From Anaerolineae bacterium (lineage in GTDB: Bacteria; Chloroflexota; Anaerolineae; Fen-1058), in contig DATBWU010000155.1 in NCBI GenBank assembly GCA_036514635.1, positions 802 through 64,801 of the forward strand: a DNA stretch of 64,000 bases. Direction: 5' to 3'. The notes beneath the pieces were generated by a model that saw only the letters and a program-made list of their open reading frames with translations, ran no database searches and was not told the origin of the DNA. Numbering within the stretch: position 1 is the first letter of the stretch; each line of letters starts with the position of its first letter. The position numbers were made by a program, and so were the translations under genes. Shown in pieces: positions 46,216 through 56,031 of this stretch.

Positions 46216-48060
46216 ATGTCCTTCGGCAAACTCCTCATCGTCGATCTCACTCACCAAACCTGGCATGACCACCCAGTCGATCCAGACATCGCCCGCGATT
46301 ACGTCGGCGGCAGCGGCCTCGCTGCGCGCTTGCTGTGGGATCGCCTGACACCCGAGGTCGATCCACTCGGCCCCGACAACCCTTTGCTCTTCAGCACCGG
46401 CCCGTTGACCGGCACGGCCGGCCCGACCAACGGTCGCTTCAGCGTGTGCGCCCGATCGCCCGCCACCGGCTTGTGGGGCGAGGCCAACTGCGGCGGCTTC
46501 TGGGGACCGGAATTGCGCTTCGCCGGATACGATGGCGTGCTGATCACCGGAAAAGCCGACGCACCCGTTTATCTGTGGATCAACAACGGTAAGGTCGAAC
46601 TGCGCGACGCCTCGCACTTGTGGGGAGAGACCGACACTTACCAGACGCAGCAGCGTATCCAAGAGGAAGTCGGCGATGGGCTGGCACGCATCGCCTGCAT
46701 CGGCGTGGCAGGTGAGCGATTGATTCCGTATGCGCTCATCCTGTGCGATCATGGCCGGGTCGCGGGCCGCACCGGCATGGGCGCGGTGATGGGCAGCAAA
46801 AACCTCAAAGCCATCGCCGTGCGCGGTCACGGCAAACTGCCTATCGCGCGGCCCGAAGTGTTCCAGCCGATTCGCTCCTCGGCCAACAGAGCACTGCGCG
46901 AGGAAAACGTCACCCTCTCGTTGCGCGCGTCCGGCAGCGCCGCCGCCGCCGAATACTTTCAACTCCTCGGCGAAATGCCCGCGCGCTATTTCACCGCCGG
47001 GCAATTCGCGGGGCAGGAGAGCGTCAGCGGCAGCGTCATCGCAGACACGATCCTCACGGGAGTCACCACCTGCCACGCCTGCGTCATCGCCTGCGGGCGG
47101 CGGGTCACCATCAAAGACGGGCCTTACGCGCGCGAAGAAAGCAAAGGCCCGGAATACGAAACGATGGTGGGCTTCGGCGCGATCCTCGGCAGCGGCGACA
47201 TGCACGCGGCCACGCACCTCGGCCAGTTGTGCGACGCCTACGGCCTGGACACGATCAGCACCAGCAACGTCATCGGCCTGGCCTACCTCCTGTTCGAGCG
47301 CGGCCTGCTCAGCGGGCGCGACACTGGCGGCTTGAGACTCGTGTGGGGCGATCCGCGCCCGGCTGAAGCACTGATTCACCTGATCGCTCGCCGCGAAGGC
47401 TTAGGCGAAGTGATGAGTCGGGGTGCGAAGGCGCTCGGCGCGCACTTCGGCGTGGCGGAGCTTGCCGTGCAGGTCAACAACCTGGAAGTGCCCTATCACG
47501 ATCCGCGCGCGCTATCCGGCATGGGCATCGTGTATGCCACGTCGCCGCGCGGCGCGTGCCACAACCAGGGCGACTTCTTCACCACCGAAGTCGGCGCCAG
47601 CCACGAAGAGATCGGCATCCCGATCCTCACCCCGCCCGTCCCGGACGAAGGCAAAGCCGCGCTCGTCGCCCGGCATCAGGATTTTCGCTCCCTGAGCAAT
47701 AGCCTGGTGACGTGCGTCTTCGCTCGCGTGCCGGTGACGACGCACCTGGCACTGTACAACGCCGCCGCCGGCATCGACTGGGGCCTCGACGAATTCATGC
47801 GGGCGGGCGCGCGCATCTGGAACCTCAAGCGCGTCATCAACCATCGCCTCGGCCTGACGCGCGAGAACGATAAACTGCCCAAGCTCCTGCTCGAACCGCT
47901 GCCCGACGGCCCGATCGCGGGACACGTGCCCGACTACGACGTGCTGATGCGCGAATACTATGCTGCGCGCGGATGGGACTTCGTCACCGGCCGCCCGACG
48001 CGCGCGACACTCGAAGCGCTCGACCTCGACTTCGCCGCCGATGCGCTATACAAAGAATGA
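46216..48060 (+). CDS. Aldehyde:ferredoxin oxidoreductase family (tungstopterin/4Fe-4S)
   Basis: ATG 46216. MSFGKLLIVDLT..., GGSGLAARLLW, CHACVIACGR cluster region, AOR C-terminal domains. Confidence 0.93.
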   Translation: MSFGKLLIVDLTHQTWHDHPVDPDIARDYVGGSGLAARLLWDRLTPEVDPLGPDNPLLFSTGPLTGTAGPTNGRFSVCARSPATGLWGEANCGGFWGPELRFAGYDGVLITGKADAPVYLWINNGKVELRDASHLWGETDTYQTQQRIQEEVGDGLARIACIGVAGERLIPYALILCDHGRVAGRTGMGAVMGSKNLKAIAVRGHGKLPIARPEVFQPIRSSANRALREENVTLSLRASGSAAAAEYFQLLGEMPARYFTAGQFAGQESVSGSVIADTILTGVTTCHACVIACGRRVTIKDGPYAREESKGPEYETMVGFGAILGSGDMHAATHLGQLCDAYGLDTISTSNVIGLAYLLFERGLLSGRDTGGLRLVWGDPRPAEALIHLIARREGLGEVMSRGAKALGAHFGVAELAVQVNNLEVPYHDPRALSGMGIVYATSPRGACHNQGDFFTTEVGASHEEIGIPILTPPVPDEGKAALVARHQDFRSLSNSLVTCVFARVPVTTHLALYNAAAGIDWGLDEFMRAGARIWNLKRVINHRLGLTRENDKLPKLLLEPLPDGPIAGHVPDYDVLMREYYAARGWDFVTGRPTRATLEALDLDFAADALYKE

Positions 48061-48151
48061 CCAATGACGAACGACGGATGACGGACGCCACCTTGCATCG
48101 TGCATCTTGCATCCTGTATCAACCTTCACTCATCACAACAGATCGCCACTC

Positions 48152-49183
48152 ATGATTCTCGTCACCGGTGCAACCGGCTTCCTCGGCCATAACCTCGTGC
48201 CGCTGCTGCTCTCGCGCGGGCATCACGTTCGCGCGCTCGTCCGATCCTCAAGCCAGTGGCAGTTCCTGGCCGACCTCGGCGTCGATCTGGCGTGGGGTGA
48301 CACGCGCGATCCTGACGCGGTCGAACACGCTATGCAGGGCTGCCGGGCGGTCGTCCACGGCGCAGGGCTGTTTCGATTCTGGGGCCGCTACGAGGATTTC
48401 TACAGCACCAACGTCGAAGGCACGTACAACGTGCTGGAAGCCGCGCGGGGCGCAGGCGTCGAGCGGTTCATCCACATCTCGACCATCGCCGTCGTGGGCC
48501 GGCCCAAGCCCGGCGCTGTGATCGACGAGACGTATGCGTGTGCGCCGGTCGATCCGTACATGCGCAGCAAGCTCGACGGCGAATGGCTGGTACGCGACTA
48601 TCACCGCACGCACAACCTGCCCGCACTCGTTTTACGCCCAGGCGCGTACTACGGCCCGTGGGGGCATTACGCTTTCAATCGACTCTTCTTTGAAGACCCG
48701 TTCATGAAAGGACTCCCGATCCGGGTTCACGGCGGGCGGCACGTGACTTTTCCTATCTACTTACCCGATCTGGCTTGCGTCATCCACAACGCGCTCACGC
48801 AAGGCCGGCCCGGCGAGACCTACAACGTATCGGGGCCGAGCCTGTTACATCGCGAGATCAACGCGGCGATCAGCCGCATCACCGGCATCACGCCGCACTG
48901 GATCAACATGCCTGCGCCGGCCATCCTGCTGTTTGCTCGCCTGTGGACGGCGTTGTCTCGGATCACGCAACGCGAGCCATATTACCCGATCAACATGGCC
49001 CCCTACGTCTTCTACGATTGGATGGTAGATAGCGACAAAGCCGCGCGCGAGTTATCGTTCAAGCCGACGCCCTTCGAAGACGGCGCGCGTGTGACGATCG
49101 AGTGGTATCGCAGCATCGGCATGTTGAAACACCCACTCGCGCACTCCCACACTTCTCTACTGACATCCGAGAAACACCCATGA
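48152..49183 (+). CDS. NAD-dependent epimerase/dehydratase (extended SDR)
   Basis: ATG 48152. VTGATGFLGHNLV Rossmann motif, YMRSK catalytic YxxxK. Confidence 0.85.
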   Translation: MILVTGATGFLGHNLVPLLLSRGHHVRALVRSSSQWQFLADLGVDLAWGDTRDPDAVEHAMQGCRAVVHGAGLFRFWGRYEDFYSTNVEGTYNVLEAARGAGVERFIHISTIAVVGRPKPGAVIDETYACAPVDPYMRSKLDGEWLVRDYHRTHNLPALVLRPGAYYGPWGHYAFNRLFFEDPFMKGLPIRVHGGRHVTFPIYLPDLACVIHNALTQGRPGETYNVSGPSLLHREINAAISRITGITPHWINMPAPAILLFARLWTALSRITQREPYYPINMAPYVFYDWMVDSDKAARELSFKPTPFEDGARVTIEWYRSIGMLKHPLAHSHTSLLTSEKHP

Positions 49184-50859
49184 AGCTCGTCACCGTTGCC
49201 CAGATGCGATCGATCGAAGCCGCCTCGGACGCCGCCGGCCATTCATACGACGCGATGATGGATCGCGCCGGGGCTGCTATCGCACGGGTCATCCAACAGC
49301 GCGTGGAGGTCAAAGGCAAGCGCGTCCTGGTGCTCGTCGGGCCGGGCAACAATGGCGGCGATGGGCTGGTCGCGGCGGCACACCTGAGCCAGGCAGGCGC
49401 GGAGGTCGCGTGTTACCTGCTCACAGCGCGTGAGGATGCGCGCGTTGCTGCCGCTAAAGGCGCGGGCGCGTTTATCGCCACGTTGCCCGACGATCGCGGC
49501 CTGCGTGTCTTGCGCCTGCGCAGCGCCCACGCCGATGTCATCGTCGATGCGCTGTTCGGCACAGGCGCGCGCCTGCCGCTTCCGCCCGACGCGCAGAAGA
49601 TTCTGAACGCGGTCAAGGCCGATGTCGAAGCCCGGCGTAACCAACCCGGCCCGCTAACAATCCCCAGTGATCCGATCTCTACCTCTGGCCCGCTCATCGT
49701 CGCCGTCGATGGGCCGAGCGGCATGGACTTCGACACCGGTGGAATCGATGCCAACGCGCTGAAGGCCGATGTTAGCGTCACGTTCGCCTATCCGAAGATC
49801 GGACACACGCGCTTCCCCGCCGCCGACGCCTGCGGCGAGTTGATCGTCGCCGACATCGGCACCGATCCAGCGCTGGCAAAGGACATCGCACTAGAGATGG
49901 CTGACGCGGGCCTGATCCGCCCGTTGCTTCCGGCCCGGCCCGCCAGCGCACACAAAGGGACATTCGGCAAGGTGATGATCGTCGCAGGCTCGATTCTATA
50001 CGCGGGTGCGCCTGCGCTCGCCGCGTCCGCCGCGTATCGATCCGGCGCGGGCCTGGTGACCGTCGCCGTGCCTCGATCCATCTTGCCGATCGTCGCGGCG
50101 AAACTGACCGAAGCGACTTTCCTGCCGCTGCCCGAGGCACTGGGCGTGATCTCCGCCGATGCCGTGCCGGTGCTGAGTCAAGCGTTGGAAGGCTACCGTG
50201 CGCTATTGCTTGGCCCTGGACTCACGCATGAGAAAGAGGCAGTCGCCTTCGTCGATCAACTGCTCGGCGGATCGGGCACGTCGAAGCGGCCTCTCGGTTT
50301 TGTGACGAGCGCCGCGCCAGCGAACGAATCCCTTCACGCGACACTGCCGCCACTCGTCGTCGATGCTGACGGGTTGAACATCCTCGCCGATATGAGCGAT
50401 TGGTGGAAGCGCCTGCCGGAACTGAGCGTGCTGACGCCGCATCCCGGCGAGATGGAGCGGCTGACAAAACTAAGCCCAACGGAGATCGCGTCGGATCGGA
50501 TCGGGGTCGCGACGAAGTTCGCGCAGGCGTGGAGACACGTTGTCGTCTTGAAAGGCGCGTTCACCGTCGTCGCCGCGCCGGATGGTCGGGCCGTGGTGAT
50601 GCCCTTCGCCAATCCTGCGCTTGCCACCGCTGGCAGCGGCGACGTGCTGGCCGGGACGATCGCCGGACTGCGGGCGCAGGGACTCGGCGCGTTCGAGGCG
50701 GCGTTGTGCGGCACGTACTTGCACGGGCTGAGCGGCGAGATCGCCCGCAGAGCGATCGGATCGGCAGGCGTGCTGGCGGGCGATCTTCTGGCGCGTCTGC
50801 CGGCGGCGCTCAAAATGGTCTTCGGCGCTCAAGAACAAAAAGCGGGTCTTCCGGGTTGA
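49180..50859 (+). CDS. nnr: Bifunctional NAD(P)H-hydrate repair enzyme (epimerase + ADP-dependent dehydratase)
   Basis: ATGA overlap with the upstream gene. GPGNNGGDG (YjeF_N) and GSGDVLAG (C-terminal kinase-like domain). Confidence 0.9.
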   Translation: MKLVTVAQMRSIEAASDAAGHSYDAMMDRAGAAIARVIQQRVEVKGKRVLVLVGPGNNGGDGLVAAAHLSQAGAEVACYLLTAREDARVAAAKGAGAFIATLPDDRGLRVLRLRSAHADVIVDALFGTGARLPLPPDAQKILNAVKADVEARRNQPGPLTIPSDPISTSGPLIVAVDGPSGMDFDTGGIDANALKADVSVTFAYPKIGHTRFPAADACGELIVADIGTDPALAKDIALEMADAGLIRPLLPARPASAHKGTFGKVMIVAGSILYAGAPALAASAAYRSGAGLVTVAVPRSILPIVAAKLTEATFLPLPEALGVISADAVPVLSQALEGYRALLLGPGLTHEKEAVAFVDQLLGGSGTSKRPLGFVTSAAPANESLHATLPPLVVDADGLNILADMSDWWKRLPELSVLTPHPGEMERLTKLSPTEIASDRIGVATKFAQAWRHVVVLKGAFTVVAAPDGRAVVMPFANPALATAGSGDVLAGTIAGLRAQGLGAFEAALCGTYLHGLSGEIARRAIGSAGVLAGDLLARLPAALKMVFGAQEQKAGLPG

Positions 50860-51028
50860 CTGGGAAAAGCTTCACCGCGAAGACGCGAAGAGCGCAAAGC
50901 CTTTGAAATTCTTGGCGTCCGCCTGCCCCGCTTTTTTGCGGGGTTGCGTTCGCCTGCCCTCTTCAGAGGGTTGCGGTTCAATTCCCGCCCAAGCCGGAAG
51001 AGCCTAAAAAGCCAACGCTCAATAGGTG

Positions 51029-51205
51029 TTTCAAGGAGGTCGATGCAACGAATCCACAACGGATAAACGGATGCGGCTTGCGCCATCTCATGCCTGTCGC
51101 GGATTCGTTTACGGGAGCACTGCACCGCATGTGTCCGTTGCCCATCCGTTGCCTCGGCCACATTCACCGCAATTGGCTTTGGGGCAAACGGCCACCTCCT
51201 TGAAA
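51029..51205. repeat. Large palindromic element (arms tttcaaggaggt / acctccttgaaa) enclosing ATCCGTT words and the family C repeat
   Basis: 12-nt arms at 51029-51040 and 51194-51205. caacggataaacggat / gtccgttgcccatccgttg inside. Confidence 0.75.
51100..51135. repeat. Short dispersed repeat, family C copy 2 (inverted)
   Basis: cggattcgtttacgggagcactgcaccgcatgtgtc, the reverse complement of 34606-34637. Confidence 0.8.
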
Positions 51206-51224
51206 TTCATGAAGAGCCAAAGCC

Positions 51225-51259
51225 AAAAAGAACCCCCGACCTCGCCCGAGATCGGGGTT
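51225..51259 (-). terminator. Candidate intrinsic terminator downstream of the YtxH gene
   Basis: Minus strand: aaccccgatctcgggcgaggtcgggggtt followed by cttttt. Confidence 0.5.
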
Positions 51260-51357
51260 CCATTCTCACGCTGGGATTGATCTCCGACCAAGTCCTTTCT
51301 TTTGACCTTCGGCCTCCCGTCGGCGCGGGTCACAGACGCGCACTGAACAAACGCAGG

Positions 51358-51732
51358 TTACGCACCGGATGAGGCTTTCTCGTCCGGCGCGCTCTCGCCC
51401 ATCAACTCGACCCGTTTGCGCGCCGCTGCCTTCTTGCCTTCCTCGACGGCGTCCTTCACTCGATCACGTTGCTCCTCGAAGGCTTTCCGTCCACGATCAG
51501 CCGCTTCTTCAACATGCTTCCGGGCGTCGTCCAGTGCGGTCTCCGCGCGCTTGCGCGTATCCTCGGCAATGTCCTCGGCGCGGTCGCGCAACTCGTAGGC
51601 CTTCTCGCGCACCAGGCGGCGCGACTCTTCACCGGACTGCGGGGCCAAGATCAGAGCCACGGCCGCGCCCACCAACCCGCCGATCACAAACCCGGCCAGA
51701 AAGGCTCCCGTTTCGCTTCCGTTGTCGCTCAT
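51358..51732 (-). CDS. YtxH domain protein (general-stress, membrane-anchored coiled coil)
   Basis: 124 aa. N-terminal GAFLAGFVIGGLVGAAVALILAPQSGEE, then a charged helical region. Confidence 0.8.
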   Translation of the reverse strand: MSDNGSETGAFLAGFVIGGLVGAAVALILAPQSGEESRRLVREKAYELRDRAEDIAEDTRKRAETALDDARKHVEEAADRGRKAFEEQRDRVKDAVEEGKKAAARKRVELMGESAPDEKASSGA

Positions 51733-51774
51733 GGATATGCTCCTCTATTTGAGATGCTGCCGGCTCACATCGAC

Positions 51775-52200
51775 TCAGCGGCGCGGGCGGCGCAACTCGC
51801 CGATCAGGCTGAAGAGACGCACGATGCCGGCCACTGCCCCGGCCGCCTGGATCACCGGGCGCGCCACGTGGTCGCTCACAAACAGTGTCGTGCCGCGCGC
51901 CGTATTGACAGTCTCCTGCGCGTTTTCCAGCAGCGGCTTGATCTCCTCGCGCAGCATCTTGGTCAGCGCCGCAATCTGATAGACTAACGCCGCCAACATG
52001 ACGACGATGAACAGCGACACAATCGCTAGGAAGATGATGAAAATATCGCGCACGGTCGCCGTGGCGTTCGCCTGCACCATCCACACAAAAGCGCCGATCA
52101 CCAGGAGCAGGATCGCCACAGCGACGATACCGATGACGGCGCCGCGCCGGGATTGACGCGCCGGGATGTCCGCAGACGGATTCAGTTGATCGGGTGGCAT
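51775..52200 (-). CDS. DUF948-like membrane protein
   Basis: ATG 52200. Two TM segments, then LTKMLREEIKPLLENAQETV. Commonly paired with YtxH. Confidence 0.6.
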   Translation of the reverse strand: MPPDQLNPSADIPARQSRRGAVIGIVAVAILLLVIGAFVWMVQANATATVRDIFIIFLAIVSLFIVVMLAALVYQIAALTKMLREEIKPLLENAQETVNTARGTTLFVSDHVARPVIQAAGAVAGIVRLFSLIGELRRPRR

Positions 52201-52224
52201 GGGTGATCCTCGCACGCGATTATA

Positions 52225-52473
52225 TCATGCGGGGGGGCGGTTGACAACCAACAGCGCGATCGCGCTGCCGAGCGTGGCTTCGAGCAGGTGCACTTCGCCC
52301 AGCATCGCCCCGTTCCAGCCGAGCAAGGCACCGGCTACCTGCCCCAAGCCAAAGCCGATCCAGCTTGCGATCATGAACAATCCCAATCGGCGCAGGGTCC
52401 CGCCGCGCCACAGGTGAAAGGCTGCGCCGTAGGCGGTCGAGAGCAACGCCACGGTCAACAATATGGGGGTCAT
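52225..52473 (-). CDS. Small hydrophobic membrane protein (82 aa)
   Basis: ATG 52473 overlaps the mnmA stop (ATGA). Three predicted TM segments. Only the 3' third of ORF 52225..52941 looks real. Confidence 0.5.
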   Translation of the reverse strand: MTPILLTVALLSTAYGAAFHLWRGGTLRRLGLFMIASWIGFGLGQVAGALLGWNGAMLGEVHLLEATLGSAIALLVVNRPPA

Positions 52474-53537
52474 ATGATAATGCCCTGCCCGATGGCGACC
52501 TCGCCATCGAACAGCACCAGCGCCTGGCCCGGCGTCACGTCGCGCTGCGGCTCGTCGAACTCGACGCGGATCGAGTCGCCCTGCGGGTAGGCCATCGCCG
52601 GCACCGCGCGCGCCGTGTAGCGAATCTTCGCTTCCGCGCGGAACGACCCGCTCGGCGCGACCCCGCTGACGTAGTGCATATCGCGCGCCACGCATTCGCG
52701 CCGGCCCAGTTCGGCGAGCGAGCCGACGATGAGCGCGTTGTCGGCGGCGTCCTTCGCAATGACGTACAACGGCTCGGCGGCGGCGAGGCCCAAGCCCTTG
52801 CGCTGGCCGACGGTGAAGAACGGCAAGCCGGTGTGTTGGCCCAAGACGTGTCCGGAAGTGTCGCGAATAACGCCCGGCCGAATCGCGTCCGGTGCGTGGC
52901 GTATCAGGAAGGCGCGATAATCGCCGTCGCCCAGGAAACACAAATCCTGGCTTTCCATCTTTTCGGCGACCGGCAGCTTCATCCGTGCTGCGTGCGCGCG
53001 CACCTCAGGCTTCGTCAGTTCGCCCAGCGGAAACATCACGTGCGCTAACTGCGCCTGGCCCAGCACGCTCAAGACGTAGGATTGATCCTTATTTCGATCG
53101 ACGGCGCGCAGCAAGTGGTACGTGCCATCGACCTGCCGCACACGCGCGTAATGTCCCGTCGCCAGAGCCTGCGCGCCCAGTCCCAGCGCTTTGTTCAGCA
53201 GCATCTCAAAGCGAATGTGCCGGTTGCACTCCAGGCACGGGTTGGGCGTGACACCCGCCGCGTACTCGCGAACGAAAAAATCGACGACAATGGACTTGAA
53301 CGAGTCGGCGATGTTGATCAGGTAAAAGGGGATGCCGAGTTGATCCGCGATGGATCGCGCAATGGCGACGTCGGCCGGCGTGCAGCAGCGGTTGGTGCGC
53401 GAGCCGCCTTCCTCGCTCCACAACTTGAGCATGATGCCGGCCACGTCGTAGCCCTGCTCGACCAGCAAGGCCGCCGCGACCGAACTATCGACGCCGCCGC
53501 TCATCGCGACGACGACGCGGGCGCTGTTGCGATCCAT
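52470..53537 (-). CDS. mnmA: tRNA 2-thiouridine(34) synthase
   Basis: 355 aa. PP-loop VVAMSGGVDSSVAA, catalytic Cys regions (NPCLECN, DLCFL). Confidence 0.95.
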   Translation of the reverse strand: MDRNSARVVVAMSGGVDSSVAAALLVEQGYDVAGIMLKLWSEEGGSRTNRCCTPADVAIARSIADQLGIPFYLINIADSFKSIVVDFFVREYAAGVTPNPCLECNRHIRFEMLLNKALGLGAQALATGHYARVRQVDGTYHLLRAVDRNKDQSYVLSVLGQAQLAHVMFPLGELTKPEVRAHAARMKLPVAEKMESQDLCFLGDGDYRAFLIRHAPDAIRPGVIRDTSGHVLGQHTGLPFFTVGQRKGLGLAAAEPLYVIAKDAADNALIVGSLAELGRRECVARDMHYVSGVAPSGSFRAEAKIRYTARAVPAMAYPQGDSIRVEFDEPQRDVTPGQALVLFDGEVAIGQGIII

Positions 53538-54085
53538 TACTTGAACACGTCCTTTACGGCAACTGCAAAGCCCGGCAACACGTCTTCACCGTCCAGCGTA
53601 TCATCTTCAATAAGTCGCCGCACTTCACGTGAGGGCCGATAAACATGCACGCTGCGCGTTTTCGGATTGAGAACCCAGACTAATCGGACGCCGATGCCGA
53701 GATATTCCGCCACCTTCTCTTCAATTTCGCTCCATCGATCGGTGGGTGAGACCACTTCGACCACCAGATCGGGAGCGACATCCACAAATTTCGAGAGATC
53801 GGTGACTTGCGCCAGGCGCTCATTCGAGATGTACATGGCATCGACCGCGCGAATGGTATCCGGGTCGCGCGAAGTGAAGAGGCCGGTTTCGGCCCCAAAG
53901 ACCAAACCGAGTTTCTTGGGTTCTACGAAGTTCAGCAGCTGCGAACCGATCTTAATGGTGAGTTTGCCGTGCTCGCCACCTGAAGGAGTCATCTTGATCA
54001 GCTCTCCTTTCACCAGTTCCGCACGGCCCGCATCGCTCATGTTCAGCAAGTCATCGGCCGTGAGCAACGTTCGAACAGCCATCAT
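53537..54085 (-). CDS. Uma2 (DUF820) family endonuclease, PD-(D/E)XK fold
   Basis: 182 aa from ATG 54085. ...ELI.G.L.KMTPSGGEHG..., PDLVVEVVSPTD, EKV.EY...GV..VWVLNP. Lower GC; its stop overlaps the mnmA ATG by 1 nt. Confidence 0.85.
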   Translation of the reverse strand: MMAVRTLLTADDLLNMSDAGRAELVKGELIKMTPSGGEHGKLTIKIGSQLLNFVEPKKLGLVFGAETGLFTSRDPDTIRAVDAMYISNERLAQVTDLSKFVDVAPDLVVEVVSPTDRWSEIEEKVAEYLGIGVRLVWVLNPKTRSVHVYRPSREVRRLIEDDTLDGEDVLPGFAVAVKDVFK

Positions 54086-54096
54086 GCACCTCGCTT

Positions 54097-55281
54097 TCAG
54101 TTCATTGCGGACATCGGCGCGTGCTCCCTCAGTCGCGCGACGACGCGCGGCAGAACGTCCAGCACTATGTCGATGTCCTCCGGCTGCGTCAGATGCCCCA
54201 GCGTCAGGCGCAGCGATCCGACGGCCCACTCGCGCGGCAGGCCCATCGCCGTCAGCACGAACGACGGCTCGGCTTCGCCCGTGGTGCAGGCCGATCCGGT
54301 CGAGACGCAAATGCCCTCCAGGTCGAGCGCCAGCAGGGCAGATTCACCTTCGACGCCCTTCAGCGCAAACGATGCGCTATTGGGTAGTCGCCCGGTCGGA
54401 TGGCCGGTGAGCTTCACGTCGGGCACGCGCTCTAGCACGCCCTTGACTAATCGATCGCGCAACGCGGGCAATCGCGCCGACTCGCTCGCGCGGTTTTCCG
54501 TTGCCAGCTTCAACGCCGCCGCCGCGCCGACCACGCCCGCCACGTTGACCGTGCCCGGCCGGCGACCGCGCTCGTGCCCGCCACCGGTCAGCGCCGGGAC
54601 GAGTTCCGCCCCGCGTCGGACGTACAGAATGCCGACGCCTTTCGGGCCGTAGAATTTGTGCGCCGACAACGCGAGCAGATCGACGTTCAGATCATCGACC
54701 TTGAGGCTGAGCGCCCCGGCGGCTTGAACCGCATCGGTGTGAAAGACGATGCCCTTGCGCCTGGCGATTGCGCCGATCTCGCCAATCGGTTGAATCGTAC
54801 CAACCTCATTGTTGGCGTACATCACGCTGATCAGGCCGGTATCGCGCCGGATCGCGCGGCCTATCGCATCGGGATCGACGCGGCCATAGTCGTCCACGTC
54901 GACGACGGTCAGTTCGAACCCGTGCAGGTCGTGCAACTGGTCAAGCGTATGCCCGACGGCGTGGTGCTCGATTGGCGTCGTGATGATGTGACTCCCCCGC
55001 CCAGTCTGGCGTGCCGCCCACGCCGCGCCGCGCAACGCCAGGTTATCGCTTTCTGTGCCGCATCCGGTAAAGACGACCTCCATCGGGTTGCAGCCCAGCA
55101 CATCGGCGACAGTCGAGCGGGCTTGTTCCAGGGCTTTCAACGCCGCCCGGCCCGCGCCGTGAATCGACGACGTATTGCCGAACGCGCCGGCCCAATACGG
55201 CTGCATCGCTTCGACCACGCGCGGATCGACCGGCGTGGTCGCCGCGTGATCGAGATAGATCGTGCGCTGTGCTTCACTCAT
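54097..55281 (-). CDS. Cysteine desulfurase (NifS/IscS class)
   Basis: ATG 55281 with SD GGGGGAG. IYLDHAATTP, SAHKFYGPKG (PLP Lys), STGSACT (catalytic Cys). Confidence 0.93.
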   Translation of the reverse strand: MSEAQRTIYLDHAATTPVDPRVVEAMQPYWAGAFGNTSSIHGAGRAALKALEQARSTVADVLGCNPMEVVFTGCGTESDNLALRGAAWAARQTGRGSHIITTPIEHHAVGHTLDQLHDLHGFELTVVDVDDYGRVDPDAIGRAIRRDTGLISVMYANNEVGTIQPIGEIGAIARRKGIVFHTDAVQAAGALSLKVDDLNVDLLALSAHKFYGPKGVGILYVRRGAELVPALTGGGHERGRRPGTVNVAGVVGAAAALKLATENRASESARLPALRDRLVKGVLERVPDVKLTGHPTGRLPNSASFALKGVEGESALLALDLEGICVSTGSACTTGEAEPSFVLTAMGLPREWAVGSLRLTLGHLTQPEDIDIVLDVLPRVVARLREHAPMSAMN

Positions 55282-55362
55282 GGCTCCCCCTTGTGCCGGG
55301 TCGATTGTAGCACGCGCCCATAGCCCCGTCAACGCAATTGGTGTAAAATCGCGGCCGGGGCG

Positions 55363-55842
55363 ATGCAGACCATCTACGTTTTGATCGGCGCGCCGGCTTG
55401 TGGCAAGACGCAATGGGCGTTACGCAACGCGAAGCGACTGGGCGCGTTCATCCTATCGGCGGATGTCGTGCGCGAGGCCATTCGCCAATCCGGCGGCGAT
55501 CCGTTCGACGGCGATCGCGTCTTCGCCGAACTCGGCCAGCGGCTCAGCGAGCGCCTGTTGTCGGGCGACTCGGTGATTGTTGACGCCACGCACTGGCAGC
55601 GCCAATACCGATCGTACGCCGTGAGCGCGGCCCGCGCGGTGGGCGCGCGCATCGTCGGCGTGTGGTTCGATGTTCCGCTGGAGGTGTGCCTGCAACGCAA
55701 CGATAGCCGCCTCGGCAGCAGTCCCGGTCTGCGCCGCGAAGACCCCGAGACGATCCGACGTATCCATGTCGGGCTTGAACTGCCTTCAATCGAAGAATTT
55801 GACGAAATCCATCGCATCCAGTATGCAACCGAATCCTGGTGA
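55363..55842 (+). CDS. P-loop kinase-like protein (AAA_33 type), paralog 1
   Basis: 159 aa. Walker A GAPACGKT, VIVDATH, WFDVPLEVCLQRN. About half identical by eye to 57228..57707. Confidence 0.75.
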   Translation: MQTIYVLIGAPACGKTQWALRNAKRLGAFILSADVVREAIRQSGGDPFDGDRVFAELGQRLSERLLSGDSVIVDATHWQRQYRSYAVSAARAVGARIVGVWFDVPLEVCLQRNDSRLGSSPGLRREDPETIRRIHVGLELPSIEEFDEIHRIQYATESW

Positions 55843-55969
55843 TTACGCACACGTCAGCGAACCACGGAGGCAGTGCGAAGCCTCCCCGTGGGACGGAGAC
55901 ACAGAGGTTTCAAAGGGCCGCTTTCTCCGTGCCTCTATGTCTCTGTGGTGAGAGGTGAACAATCACCAG
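55836..55969. repeat. Nested palindromic element (CACGGAG/CACAGAG words; outer arms ctggtgatta / caatcaccag)
   Basis: aaccacggaggcag...ggacggagacacagagg ... cctctatgtctctgtggtg. Same architecture as 1517-1641. Confidence 0.8.
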
Positions 55970-56031
55970 AGCCGAATCGCTTTGACCGCGAGAGACACCG
56001 GCTCAGGCCACGTCGAGCACAGGAGGCGAGC

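Noticed and set aside
51029-51060. A tiny ORF (MQRIHNG*) after a perfect AAGGAGG at 51032-51038.
   Set aside because: The SD-to-ATG spacing is only about 3 nt. The ORF is 7 codons, and the AAGGAGGT is one arm of a 12-nt inverted repeat (51029-51040 / 51194-51205).
52474-52941. The upstream two-thirds of the 238-aa ORF 52225..52941.
   Set aside because: It overlaps mnmA in another frame and translates to Arg/Gly-rich nonsense. Only the last 82 codons (hydrophobic, ATGA-coupled to mnmA) look genuine.
53537-54310. A full 257-aa version of the Uma2 ORF.
   Set aside because: The N-terminal 75 residues overlap the cysteine desulfurase gene and are Arg/Ala-rich. Family homology begins at MMAVRTLLTADDLL (ATG 54085).
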